A stretch of DNA of 64,000 nt. Origin: Candidatus Sumerlaeales bacterium (GTDB lineage: Bacteria > Sumerlaeota > Sumerlaeia > Sumerlaeales > Sumerlaeaceae). The notes below the pieces were generated by a model, which saw only the letters and a program-made list of their open reading frames with translations, was not told the DNA's origin and ran no database searches. A program made the position numbers and the translations under genes. Of this stretch, positions 28,302 through 38,256 are shown one piece after another; the first letter of the stretch is position 1; each line of letters begins with the position of its first letter. The stretch covers positions 1 to 64,000 of the forward strand of contig JBBSQY010000011.1 of NCBI GenBank assembly GCA_038243585.1, written 5' to 3'.

Positions 28302-29264
28302 ATGGCATCAGCCAACAAACCGATTGCCGTATATGGCGCTATTGCGGCGAATGCTCTTATAGCTGTCATCAAATTCACAGCTGCGTTTTTTACCGGAAGC
28401 TCCGCCATGGTGTCGGAAGGAATCCATTCTGTGGTAGACACTGGCAACCAGTTGCTTTTGCTGCTGGGGATTCGTAAAAGCAAGAAGCCGGCGGATGAGT
28501 CGCACCCCTTTGGCCATGGCAAGGATTTGTATTTCTGGGGCTTGGTGGTTGCGATGCTGCTGTTTAGCATCGGCGGCGGCATGTCGATTTATGAAGGCAT
28601 ATCTCATTTGCGCCATCCAAAGGAGCTGTCGGATCCAACCTGGAACTATGTGGTCCTTGCACTGGCGTTTCTCATTGAAGGCATCGTCTTTATAATCGCT
28701 ATACGGGAACTTCAGCGCAGAAAACAAAAGGGTATGAATTTGTGGCAGGCCATGAAGGCGAGCAAGGATCCGGCGATCTATGTTGTGGTGGCCGAGGACG
28801 CGGCGGCGCTGGCCGGCGTTACGGTGGCCGCTGTTGGAATCTTTTTAAGCCATTGGCTGAACGACCCGGTCTGGGATGGCGTTGCGTCGATCGTAATTGG
28901 CGGAATCCTGGCTCTCGTGGCGGTGTTTCTTGCCTATGAAAGTAAGGCTTTGCTGCTGGGAGAGAGCGCCGATCAGACGATTGTCCAAGGTGTAAGAGAA
29001 CTAGCAGAGCAAGATGCAACGGTCCATGCGGTCAAGTCGCCATTGACGATGCACTTTGGCCCTGATGACGTTTTGCTGGCCATGTCGATAGAGTTTAAGT
29101 CTCACCTGTCGGGAGTTGAATTGGCAGGCGTAATTGATAATCTCCAGAGCCAGATTCAGAAAAAATTTCCGTCGGTGAAAAAGATCTTTATTGAAGCGGA
29201 TTCGATTACGGAAAGCGTGAAGGAACGGGGCGACGGGGATAGTAGCGCGGTGGACGCAATATAG
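28302..29264 (+). CDS. Cation diffusion facilitator family transporter
   Basis: TGSSAM.SE..HS..D, HPFGHGK, EDAAA, six TM segments, C-terminal dimerisation domain. Confidence 0.93.
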   Translation: MASANKPIAVYGAIAANALIAVIKFTAAFFTGSSAMVSEGIHSVVDTGNQLLLLLGIRKSKKPADESHPFGHGKDLYFWGLVVAMLLFSIGGGMSIYEGISHLRHPKELSDPTWNYVVLALAFLIEGIVFIIAIRELQRRKQKGMNLWQAMKASKDPAIYVVVAEDAAALAGVTVAAVGIFLSHWLNDPVWDGVASIVIGGILALVAVFLAYESKALLLGESADQTIVQGVRELAEQDATVHAVKSPLTMHFGPDDVLLAMSIEFKSHLSGVELAGVIDNLQSQIQKKFPSVKKIFIEADSITESVKERGDGDSSAVDAI

Positions 29265-29345
29265 CAATTAAGATACTTTCAGTTTTCCCACATCGCTCTA
29301 CTGCCGCTGAACAGGCGGATGAGTCCAGCGGTATGATTTGCCATA

Positions 29346-30512
29346 ATGACTGATACACTCCAGACGCCAACGCGGGCAGATAATGGTTTTGGCCGCGCGT
29401 CTACTATTGTGGTGAAGCTCGGGTCTGCCGTGTTAACCCAGGCAGGCAGCGCCGCGCTGGACATGGATGCGCTGGAAGAAATTTGCAGTCAGGTTGCCGC
29501 TATGGTCAAGGGCGGGCGACAGATTATTATTGTGACCAGCGGGGCCGTGGCGGCAGGGCGCGGGGTTTTGAACGTATGGGATCCGAAGCCGACCATTGCA
29601 GTGAAGCAGGCGCTGGCGGCGGTAGGGCAGTCGCGACTGATGCAGATATATGCCGACATTTTTGCGCGGCATGACGTAGTGGTTGGGCAGATGCTTTTAA
29701 GCCTGAGCGATATGGAAAACCGGAAGCGTTACGTGAACGCCCGATACACGCTGGAAGAGCTGATGCGGCGGGGTTGCGTTCCCATTATTAATGAAAACGA
29801 CACCGTGACGGTGGATGAGCTGAAGTTTGGCGACAACGACGGGCTGGCTGCCATTGTCGCGGTGAAAATGCAGGCGGACGCCTTGCTGCTTCTTTCGGAC
29901 GTGGATGGTTTGTATGATTCTAATCCCAAATCGAACCCAAACGCGCGCCTGATTCCGGTGGTTGATCGGATCTCGGCGGATGTGATGCGTACGGTGACAG
30001 GCGCCGCCGGTGGCGGTGGCCTTATCCAGATGGGCACGGGCGGCATGGAAACAAAATTGCAGGCGGCCCGGCTGGCGACGGCGGCGGGGGTGGGAACGGT
30101 CATCGCGCAGGGAAAGCAAGCAGGGATCATTACCGAGGCGCTTTCGGGCAAAGATGTCGGCACATGGTTTCCTCCAGCGGACTGTCACCGAAGCCGCAGG
30201 GAAAAGTGGATATTGTCCGGGAAAATCCACGGGCGGCGGGTGGTGGTGGATTCGGGCGCGTGCGACGCTTTGTGCCTGAAAAACAAGTCTTTGCTGGCGG
30301 CAGGATTGCGGGCGGTGGAGGGCGCGTTTCAGGCCATGGACCTGGTGGAGATCGCAGATCAGGATGGCCGGGTGCTTGGCCGCGGCGTGGTGAATTATAA
30401 TTCTGAACAGCTCCGCCGGATCATGGGTCGGAAGTCTGCCGAGATTGAAAAAATCCTCGGGGCAAAGACTTATGATGAAGTGATTCACCGGGATAACCTG
30501 GTGATGTTTTAA
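29346..30512 (+). CDS. proB: Glutamate 5-kinase with PUA domain
   Basis: VVKLGS, VTSGAVAAG, AAVGQ, PIINEND, FGDND, GTGGMETK, C-terminal PUA (IHRDNL). Confidence 0.97.
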   Translation: MTDTLQTPTRADNGFGRASTIVVKLGSAVLTQAGSAALDMDALEEICSQVAAMVKGGRQIIIVTSGAVAAGRGVLNVWDPKPTIAVKQALAAVGQSRLMQIYADIFARHDVVVGQMLLSLSDMENRKRYVNARYTLEELMRRGCVPIINENDTVTVDELKFGDNDGLAAIVAVKMQADALLLLSDVDGLYDSNPKSNPNARLIPVVDRISADVMRTVTGAAGGGGLIQMGTGGMETKLQAARLATAAGVGTVIAQGKQAGIITEALSGKDVGTWFPPADCHRSRREKWILSGKIHGRRVVVDSGACDALCLKNKSLLAAGLRAVEGAFQAMDLVEIADQDGRVLGRGVVNYNSEQLRRIMGRKSAEIEKILGAKTYDEVIHRDNLVMF

Positions 30513-30639
30513 TAGCAGGTCTGAATCGGGTTTATGTTCTCACGCCTGTAGGACCAGCTTGCCGGAAGGAAACTTTCTACATTATCCTATTTCATTTTTT
30601 GTGACCTATTAGCTTGAGCAGTGAGGTTGTTTTTCTCTT

Positions 30640-31416
30640 ATGGATTCTTTAAGTTTCACTTATCTACCCGGGCAGTGGGGGCTGCTTTTGTTTGCGGCTT
30701 TTTTTGTAGGTTTGTCGAAGACGGGGATTCCGGGGGTGGGGATTTTCGCGGTGGGATTGTTTGCGACTGTCATTCCCGCGCGGGCCTCGGCCGGGGTTAT
30801 CCTTCCTTTGCTGATTGTCGCTGATATGGTGGCGGTAGTTAGTTACTGGAAGGACGCGCGTTGGGCGCAGCTGATTCGGCTTTTTCCCTGGGCGATTATC
30901 GGGATCGTGGTCGGCTGGCTGGCGATGGATCATATTGACGACAGGCAGACGGCCCGCCTTATCGGATTAATCCTGGTGGTGATGGTGGCGCTGCAGGTGG
31001 GCCGTGGATGGCGGCGGCGGAAAGGCGCTTTGCAAGCAGAACCGCAGGCCGAGACGCCGCATGGCCATACCTATACTGCCGCCATGGGCGGGCTGGCAGG
31101 GTTTACAACAATGGTCGCAAACGCCGCCGGGCCGATTATGAACCTCTATTTAGTGGCGATGCGGATGCCGAAGATGGCGTTTATGGGGACGGCAGCCTGG
31201 TACTTCTTTCTTCTTAATTCTTTTAAGGTCCCCTTCAGCATAAATCTTGGGCTGATTACGGTGCCCAGTTTTGTCCTGAACTTAAAGCTGATACCAGCCG
31301 TTCTGGCGGGGGCCATCCTGGGCCGGCTGCTGTTGCCTTACATTAATCAGAAAGTGTTTGAGTTCATAGCGCTGGGGTTTGCTTTTGTGGCAGGGTTGCG
31401 CTTGCTGTTTATTTAA
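30640..31416 (+). CDS. Sulfite exporter TauE/SafE (TSUP) family protein
   Basis: Multi-TM; GLSKTG..G, LPLLI.AD, ANAAGP, N.FKVPF. Confidence 0.88.
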   Translation: MDSLSFTYLPGQWGLLLFAAFFVGLSKTGIPGVGIFAVGLFATVIPARASAGVILPLLIVADMVAVVSYWKDARWAQLIRLFPWAIIGIVVGWLAMDHIDDRQTARLIGLILVVMVALQVGRGWRRRKGALQAEPQAETPHGHTYTAAMGGLAGFTTMVANAAGPIMNLYLVAMRMPKMAFMGTAAWYFFLLNSFKVPFSINLGLITVPSFVLNLKLIPAVLAGAILGRLLLPYINQKVFEFIALGFAFVAGLRLLFI

Positions 31417-31479
31417 ATACCCGCGCTAGCGGTTTGGTCCAATAAACCCCTCCCCCTTGCGGTAAGCCAGCCCGACCAA

Positions 31480-32559
31480 ATGGCCAATTCAGACGACATA
31501 CTTCATCGATTTCATGATGTGGAGCAGCGGTTTCAATCCATTGAAGCGCAGCTTTCTGCGCCAGATCTCGCAAACCGGCCAGACGAATTACGGAAGCTTT
31601 CTAAAGCGCATTCTGACATGGCGGATGTGGTGGCGAAGATTGGCGAATTTAAGGGCGTCGATTCGCGGCTGACTGACGCCAGGGCGCTGGCTGGGGACGC
31701 TGATCCGGAGATGGCGGAGATGGCCCGGATGGAAATCCCGGAGCTTGAGGAAATGAGCGAAGGGCTGCTGGCGGAAATACAGGTGCTTTTGCTACCAAAG
31801 GATCCGCTGGATGATAAGAATATCATCGTTGAAATTCGCGCTGGCACCGGCGGCGATGAGGCGGCATTATTTGCCTATGACCTCTTCCGGATGTATAACA
31901 AATATTTTGAGGACAAAGGCTGGCGGACGGAGCTCCTGAGCACCAACGAGACCGGTCTTAACGGTTTCAAGGAAGTCATATTTTCCGTTACGGGCGACAG
32001 CGTGTACAGCCGGATGAAGTTTGAAGCGGGTACGCACCGGGTGCAGCGGGTGCCGACGACGGAGACGCAGGGGCGCATTCATACATCGGCGGCGACGGTG
32101 GCCATTTTGCCGGAGGCTGAAGAGGTGGATATCAACATCCGCGGCGAGGACCTTCGTGTGGATGTGTTTCGCAGCGGCGGTCCTGGGGGGCAGAGCGTGA
32201 ATACGACGGATTCTGCGGTGCGACTTACGCATATTCCTACAGGACTAGTGGTGCAGTGTCAGGACGAGAAGAGCCAGCTTAAGAACAAGAACAAGGCCAT
32301 GAAGGTGTTGCGGAGCAGGCTGCTGGATAGGGAAATGAGCAAACAGGCGGAGGCGCAGGCAGCATCACGCAAAGGCATGGTGGGCTCTGGCGATCGAAGC
32401 GGGCGGGTTCGTACGTATAATTTCCCACAAAACCGGCTGACGGATCACAGGATCGGGTTGACGCTGTATTGCCTGGACCGGGTGATTGAGGGCGACCTTG
32501 ACCAGGTTATTAATCCGCTGATCATGCAGGAGCAGACTGACCGACTTCGCGGGGAGTAA
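31480..32559 (+). CDS. prfA: Peptide chain release factor 1
   Basis: EIRAGTGGDEA, HRVQRVPTTE (PxT tripeptide), GGQ, RTYNFPQ. Confidence 0.97.
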   Translation: MANSDDILHRFHDVEQRFQSIEAQLSAPDLANRPDELRKLSKAHSDMADVVAKIGEFKGVDSRLTDARALAGDADPEMAEMARMEIPELEEMSEGLLAEIQVLLLPKDPLDDKNIIVEIRAGTGGDEAALFAYDLFRMYNKYFEDKGWRTELLSTNETGLNGFKEVIFSVTGDSVYSRMKFEAGTHRVQRVPTTETQGRIHTSAATVAILPEAEEVDINIRGEDLRVDVFRSGGPGGQSVNTTDSAVRLTHIPTGLVVQCQDEKSQLKNKNKAMKVLRSRLLDREMSKQAEAQAASRKGMVGSGDRSGRVRTYNFPQNRLTDHRIGLTLYCLDRVIEGDLDQVINPLIMQEQTDRLRGE

Positions 32560-32788
32560 GTCGGTGTCGTGATTGAGCTTAAACTTGGTTTCTTATTCCA
32601 CGTTTTGCTCAGCAACAATCGCAGCGCTGGCTGACAGGGCGCATGTATTTTGACTTAAGGGTTTGCGTTCGGGTGGGTTGCCTGTTTCCATGGGATTTTG
32701 AACAACATGATGACATGACTGTTACGGATAGAAGCTAACCCGCTCATGTTATTAGTCCCGTTGTTTTACCAGGTTAGTCAAATTGCAT

Positions 32789-35700
32789 ATGCTGGAAAAC
32801 CTTAGCTCACGACATAGTAGGCTGTTGGGTGTATTGCTGGCGGTTCTCGCGGTAGGTCTTCTTCTGACCTTTAGCGATTCTGTTAGTGGCTACGATGCGC
32901 CCAAAGCTTTGACCAGAATCACTGGGACTCATGCCCGTACGCCGGGCGTCATACCTTCAACTTACAATGGACGAAGCTCACGCAAGTCTGATGCCAAAGA
33001 CAGCGGCACGTCTGGTGCGGCCACGCTGTCAGGCCCTGACTACAGCACATCCATAACGCTACATGGAAGAACCCTGGATGAGCAGGATAAGCCTCTTAGT
33101 GGTGTAAAGGTGTCTGTTCGGCGATCGGGATATTCTGAAACTGTTAAAACACAGGATTCGGGCAAGGATGGCAGCTTCTCTTTAGATGGTCTTCCTGCGG
33201 ATACTTATGATATTCTGGCAACTCATGAGAAGTTTGTCTCCCTGATCAGGCCCAGTTACACTTTTAAGCCGGTGGAAACGATGGTCCATATGGACTTTCA
33301 TTTGCCGCTGGGAGCAAATATAAACGGTCTGGTTGTCAACGAAGAGGGTCAGCCGCTGGAAAATGTGCGTGTAGCGGCTCGCAGAAAACAAGCGACAGAA
33401 AGCAAAAAGAACGGCGCCGTTCTTTTGGATGACAGCACTTATCATACGCAGATAACTGACAAGCCAGGCACCTTTACGCTGTCGGGCATTTCTCTCGGCG
33501 ATAATGTGTTTGAGTTTTTTGTTCCGGGTTACGCGATGGAGCGTATGGCGCTGGATATCTCTCCAGAGAAAGCCGCGGAGCAGATGAAGGTGACGCTGAA
33601 GCGAACCGGGATTATCGCGGGAATGGTTCTGGATGAAAACAACCAACCTGTTTCTACGGCAACGGTTTCGTTGACCCGTTATAAGCCATTGCAGAGTGAA
33701 GCCCAGAATATTGATAAGGGTAAGCTGACCGCCGTGACAAACGCGAAGGGTGAGTTCAAGTTCGAGAAGCTCTACAATGAGGGCTACTACGACCTGCTCG
33801 TGGAAGAGGCGCAGTATGCGCCGGGTATATACCCGCTGGTTCCGGCCAATTCGGATCGCGTGGTATGTCAGGTAGGGTTAGGGGGCGAAATCTCTGGATT
33901 GTCTCAGCTTATTGATAGGCCCACGACTGCCGTTTCTGTGTTAATCAAGGCAACGGCTTTAATTAAAGGGACCACATTTACAAAAGAATCAACCAGCGAT
34001 GGGGCAGGCCGCTTTCGATTCCAGAAGCTACCCTACGGCGCGTATAGTCTGACTGTAGACGACGGTAAGTTTTTGAGTGAACCTAAAGACGGAGTCGCCT
34101 GTGCGCGGGAAAAACCTACGCAGGATGTCGCGGTAGAGTTGTTTGAAACCGCCAGGTTGAAGGGGCGGGTGAGCGACAGTGAGAATGACGCGTCCGTTCC
34201 GGGAGCAAAGGTCACGCTAAAAGCCACCTATGGATTCGATAAGGCCCGGCAAAAAACCTTTACGCTGACTGCAGATGCCCACGGGGTTTTTGATTTTGGA
34301 AAACTACCATCGGGGATTCATATAGCGCAGGCGGAAGCGCGAGGCTTTCTAAAAGGACAAACTGTTAAATCCCAGCAGAATTTTGTGCTGACACCGGGCG
34401 AGCGCAAGAGCGATCTCATCCTGTATCTGGATCACGGGGGCAGCGTGGAAGGCTTCGTGCTTGATCCAGCGGGGCGCAGCGTGGCGGATGTAGACATCCA
34501 ACTGTTCGCGGCAACGCAGTTTGATGGAGCGGTGGATCCGGCCAAATTAAAGGGACGGACGGACGGCACTGGGTATTTTAAAGTTTGGGGCATCGAGGTG
34601 GGCGAACGGGTGCAGCTTTATGCCAGCGCGTCTAAAGCGGGCTATACCAAAACCCGGAGCGACATGGTTGAGCTATCTCCCAAGGCCATGAGTCAGGCAG
34701 TGCAGATCAGCATTTCTGATGGCGGAGAAGTAACCGGAATTGTGACTGATAAAAACAAGATGCCTATTCCAGGGGCAGAGGTTCGCATGGACAGCCAGGC
34801 TTTCCCGGGAGATCCGTCGCCGTCTCATATTGTTGTCCATTCGCAGCCTAACGGAACCTATCGGGTGGACAGCGTTCCGCCGGGAGGTGCGACCCTCACG
34901 GTGAGCCGGGCGGGCTTCGTGAAGCAGGGGCGCGGGGTCACGGTTCGCGATTCGCAACACAACGACAATGTTAATTTCGAGCTGGAAAGTGGCACTACGA
35001 TAGCCGGTGTGGTAGAGGATTTAGATGGTAATCCCATAGCCGGCGCAAAGGTTAAAGCTACCGGGATTAAGGGGTCGGCCGGTTCCGAAGAGGATACAAC
35101 GGATAAAAAAGGGAACTTCGAACTGAACAATCTGGGCAAGGGGGACTTTCGTCTGGACACGACCTTTAATATTACGACGCCAGAGGGAGTCCAAGCGTAT
35201 AGCTTTACGAATCCAAGCGTGCGCTCAGGTACGGCGCAGGCGTCGATTGAATGCGATCTTGGAAACACTACCCTTGGAAAAGTGAAGGGCGAAAAAGGTA
35301 AGGACGTCGACAACTTCACTGTAACTTTAAATAGCAAAACGGATACAAAAACATCGCAGGATTTTGTGTTTAACCTTGCCAGAGGCCTGAAGGATTCGGG
35401 CGGCTTTTTTCGCCTGAGCAAACTGCCGAGGGGCATTTACAAAGTCACGGTGACTGCGGACGGCTTTGAGCCTTACGTGGAAGACGAAGTTGCCATTGGC
35501 CCGCACAAGCGTACCGTACTGTCGGAGATTAGGCTAAATCCTGCAGGGGGTGTGGTTGGCCGGGTGTATTCGACGACTTCAGACCGTCCTGTTAATAACG
35601 CGTCGGTTAAGCTGGAGAGCGTGGATAGCCTGGCGGGCGAAGCACCTACAGTTGTTTCTGGCAGCACCAATATGCGCGGGGATTTCCGCGTGGCGACTGT

Positions 35701-36637
35701 ACCGCAGGGGATGTATCGGGTAAGCATTGATCACCCAAGCTATATAGGTACAAAGCTGGAAATGATCCACGTGACGGAAAAGAAAGAACGGGATTTGGGC
35801 AAGTTGTTTCTGGAGCCGGGCGGGGCTGTTCGTGGGGTTGTGGAAAATCACCTGGGCGACCCTGTCCCGAATATGAAGGTTACGGTGAAGGGGGTAACCC
35901 CTACGAAGCAAACGACTACCGATGCTGCGGGAAATTATATGATTCAGGGCGTTCAGTTTGGCCGCTGGTCTGTGGTAGTCGAGGGTACTATGTCGAGCAA
36001 ACCCATTTACGCCTTTCAAACTTCAGATTTTGAACGGGACGAATCTGAACAATTGGATTTTATGTTGGAGACTACGGCAGACCTTTCCGGTCGCCTGATG
36101 GCGTCTGGAGAATCTGACCTACGCTCCGGCTCGGTAGCCATCCACGCTTATGACGAAAACAATGTTGTGTTGGAAAACGTGCATTATGACGCTAAGGCAA
36201 GTTCTAACAATTTTGATATTAATGAAGTTCCGCCCGGACAGTACTTTTTATGGGTTGCAGGGCAGGGAGCAACTTCCTCTTTAAGTGCATGGAAAGATAT
36301 CTTCCTGGAACGCGGAAAGAACCACACGAACGTGGAAATTGGATCGAGCAAAATTCAGGGCAAGGTCATGACCGGAGCGGGAGAGCCAATTTCTAACGTT
36401 GCGGTGCAGGTGCTCCCGATTTTTAATATGCCGCGGCTATCGCAGAATTTGTATAATAAGCTGATCCGTCCTACAGTATCCAGTGCGGACGGGTTGTTTA
36501 GTTTTGAGAATTTGCAGGCGGGATCTTACCAGGTGATTACGGAAACAGCTGTGGGTGGCGGATGGTATGCACAGCCGATTTTTCGGCTTAATAGTGCGCA
36601 GACATTCCAGGGGTTAAATGTGTTATTGAATGACTGA
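32789..36637 (+). CDS. Large membrane-anchored protein with tandem carboxypeptidase-regulatory-like (Ig-like) domains
   Basis: N-terminal TM; many repeats of the pattern G.V.D..G.P...A.V.....TD..G.F....L..G.Y. Confidence 0.88.
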   Translation: MLENLSSRHSRLLGVLLAVLAVGLLLTFSDSVSGYDAPKALTRITGTHARTPGVIPSTYNGRSSRKSDAKDSGTSGAATLSGPDYSTSITLHGRTLDEQDKPLSGVKVSVRRSGYSETVKTQDSGKDGSFSLDGLPADTYDILATHEKFVSLIRPSYTFKPVETMVHMDFHLPLGANINGLVVNEEGQPLENVRVAARRKQATESKKNGAVLLDDSTYHTQITDKPGTFTLSGISLGDNVFEFFVPGYAMERMALDISPEKAAEQMKVTLKRTGIIAGMVLDENNQPVSTATVSLTRYKPLQSEAQNIDKGKLTAVTNAKGEFKFEKLYNEGYYDLLVEEAQYAPGIYPLVPANSDRVVCQVGLGGEISGLSQLIDRPTTAVSVLIKATALIKGTTFTKESTSDGAGRFRFQKLPYGAYSLTVDDGKFLSEPKDGVACAREKPTQDVAVELFETARLKGRVSDSENDASVPGAKVTLKATYGFDKARQKTFTLTADAHGVFDFGKLPSGIHIAQAEARGFLKGQTVKSQQNFVLTPGERKSDLILYLDHGGSVEGFVLDPAGRSVADVDIQLFAATQFDGAVDPAKLKGRTDGTGYFKVWGIEVGERVQLYASASKAGYTKTRSDMVELSPKAMSQAVQISISDGGEVTGIVTDKNKMPIPGAEVRMDSQAFPGDPSPSHIVVHSQPNGTYRVDSVPPGGATLTVSRAGFVKQGRGVTVRDSQHNDNVNFELESGTTIAGVVEDLDGNPIAGAKVKATGIKGSAGSEEDTTDKKGNFELNNLGKGDFRLDTTFNITTPEGVQAYSFTNPSVRSGTAQASIECDLGNTTLGKVKGEKGKDVDNFTVTLNSKTDTKTSQDFVFNLARGLKDSGGFFRLSKLPRGIYKVTVTADGFEPYVEDEVAIGPHKRTVLSEIRLNPAGGVVGRVYSTTSDRPVNNASVKLESVDSLAGEAPTVVSGSTNMRGDFRVATVPQGMYRVSIDHPSYIGTKLEMIHVTEKKERDLGKLFLEPGGAVRGVVENHLGDPVPNMKVTVKGVTPTKQTTTDAAGNYMIQGVQFGRWSVVVEGTMSSKPIYAFQTSDFERDESEQLDFMLETTADLSGRLMASGESDLRSGSVAIHAYDENNVVLENVHYDAKASSNNFDINEVPPGQYFLWVAGQGATSSLSAWKDIFLERGKNHTNVEIGSSKIQGKVMTGAGEPISNVAVQVLPIFNMPRLSQNLYNKLIRPTVSSADGLFSFENLQAGSYQVITETAVGGGWYAQPIFRLNSAQTFQGLNVLLND

Positions 36638-37181
36638 TCGGGACGCGGGGCATAAGGACGCAGCCGTTATTATTGTTATGGGCGTTACCGGGTCTGGCAA
36701 GACGACTGTCGGCAATTTACTTGCCACGCGGATAGGTCTGCCTTTTTATGATGCAGATGATTTTCATTCTGACGCGAACCAGCAAAAGCTTGCAGATGAC
36801 ATACCTTTAAATGACGCTGATCGTGAGCCGTGGCTTGCGTACCTGGTTTCGCAGATTAAAACGTGGTCTGAAAACGGCGGGGCGGTTCTGGCGTGTTCAG
36901 CGTTAAAGCACGGATATCGGTCGCGATTTCGCAAGGCTGCAGATAATGTGCATTTTGTCTTTCTTCATGGTGATCCGGCGATTATAGCGGAACGGCTTCG
37001 GGGTCGCGCTGCCAGAGGCGAGCATGTTATTTCCGATTTTGAGGCAATATTGCTGGGGCAGTACCGCGATCTGGAAGTGCCTTCGGATGCCTTTCGAGTG
37101 GACATTAATCAGACTCCGGAAAACATCCTGGATGCGATAGTCAGTGGTCTTTCGGCTTCGTTCGATTGTAATGTAAAATGA
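36630..37181 (+). CDS. gntK: Gluconokinase (GntK/IdnK type)
   Basis: MGVTGSGKTT, DADDFH, PLND.DR.PWL, LACSALK. Confidence 0.9.
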   Translation: MTDRDAGHKDAAVIIVMGVTGSGKTTVGNLLATRIGLPFYDADDFHSDANQQKLADDIPLNDADREPWLAYLVSQIKTWSENGGAVLACSALKHGYRSRFRKAADNVHFVFLHGDPAIIAERLRGRAARGEHVISDFEAILLGQYRDLEVPSDAFRVDINQTPENILDAIVSGLSASFDCNVK

Positions 37182-37999
37182 CAGAAGACTCGCGTGTCGG
37201 GATGTCGCAAGTCCCTTTAATAGACGTAGATAACATCCGGGTTGAACGAGACAATACGCTGATTCTGGATTCATGTTCGTGGCGGGTAAACGCGGGAGAA
37301 AACTGGGTCGTCTTTGGCCCAAATGGGGCGGGTAAGACGTCGCTTCTTAATGTAATCCAAGGTTATCTATGGCCTTCCAGCGGTGTGACGCGCGTGTTTG
37401 GCGGCACCCTTGGCAATGGGGTGGACGTGCGGGAAATGCGCAAGACAATGCCGGTGGTGAGCGAATCTGTAAGGCGGATGATTCATGATCACCTGACCGG
37501 ACTTGAAGTTCTGGTGACCGGGGCACGGGCGCATCTTAATATTTTTGATGTGCCAACGGCAGAGGAACTGGAGAAGGCGCGCGGAGTGGCCGACGTGACT
37601 GGCGTTACTCCCCTGCTGGATAAGGCATTTTCCGTAATGAGTACGGGCGAGCGGCAACGGGTGTTGATTGCGCGGGCGCTGATGGCGGACCCTCGAGTGG
37701 TGATTCTGGATGAACCATGCACCGGTCTGGATCTGGCAGGGCGGGAGTGGGTATTGCATAGCATTGAGAGCATTTATAAGTCTGCCTCACATGCGTCGCT
37801 GCTGTTTACAACCCACCATGTGGAGGAGATAGCTGAGGGTTTTACTCATGCGCTACTTATTGGCGGCGGGCGGGTGTTTGCGGCGGGTCCGATTGAGACG
37901 GTTTTTACAAGCGAAAACCTGAGTGAGTTGTTTCAGATTCCTCTGACTATCGGCCGTAAGGACGGACGTTGGAGCGCACGAGCTAGCGTGGCAGATTAA
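37178..37999 (+). CDS. ABC transporter ATP-binding protein (YlmA/ModF-like)
   Basis: GPNGAGKT, MSTGE, ILDEP, THHVEEI; ATGA overlap with gntK. Confidence 0.9.
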   Translation: MTEDSRVGMSQVPLIDVDNIRVERDNTLILDSCSWRVNAGENWVVFGPNGAGKTSLLNVIQGYLWPSSGVTRVFGGTLGNGVDVREMRKTMPVVSESVRRMIHDHLTGLEVLVTGARAHLNIFDVPTAEELEKARGVADVTGVTPLLDKAFSVMSTGERQRVLIARALMADPRVVILDEPCTGLDLAGREWVLHSIESIYKSASHASLLFTTHHVEEIAEGFTHALLIGGGRVFAAGPIETVFTSENLSELFQIPLTIGRKDGRWSARASVAD

Positions 38000-38007
38000 A
38001 CATTTGG

Positions 38008-38046
38008 AAATAAAATACCGGGACGCCTGAAGGGAGGCGCCCCGGT
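38008..38046. terminator. Terminator-like hairpin between convergent genes
   Basis: accgggacgcct-gaaggg-aggcgccccggt with an A-rich flank on the left. Confidence 0.65.
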
Positions 38047-38256
38047 GGTTAAAATGCCAGCCGCATTGCGGCGGTTGGTATAATGGCGGCGAGCTCGTTT
38101 GCCGAGGACTTGCACTCCGCCGAAAGTGTTAAGATAAGGATAAGACAGAGTCGTTTCGGAAAGGTTCCGGAGCGACATTGAAAATTTACTATTTGGGGCT
38201 ATACCCCGCCGTGCCGGATTTTCCTTTTTCCCGTTAGCTTATTTAATTAGTCTTTC

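Noticed and set aside
38049..38102. Minus-strand peptide ANELAAIIPTAAMRLAF*, reminiscent of a tmRNA tag
   Set aside because: No tRNA-like ends or resume-codon context, the tag does not end in AA, and the frame has no credible upstream start codon.
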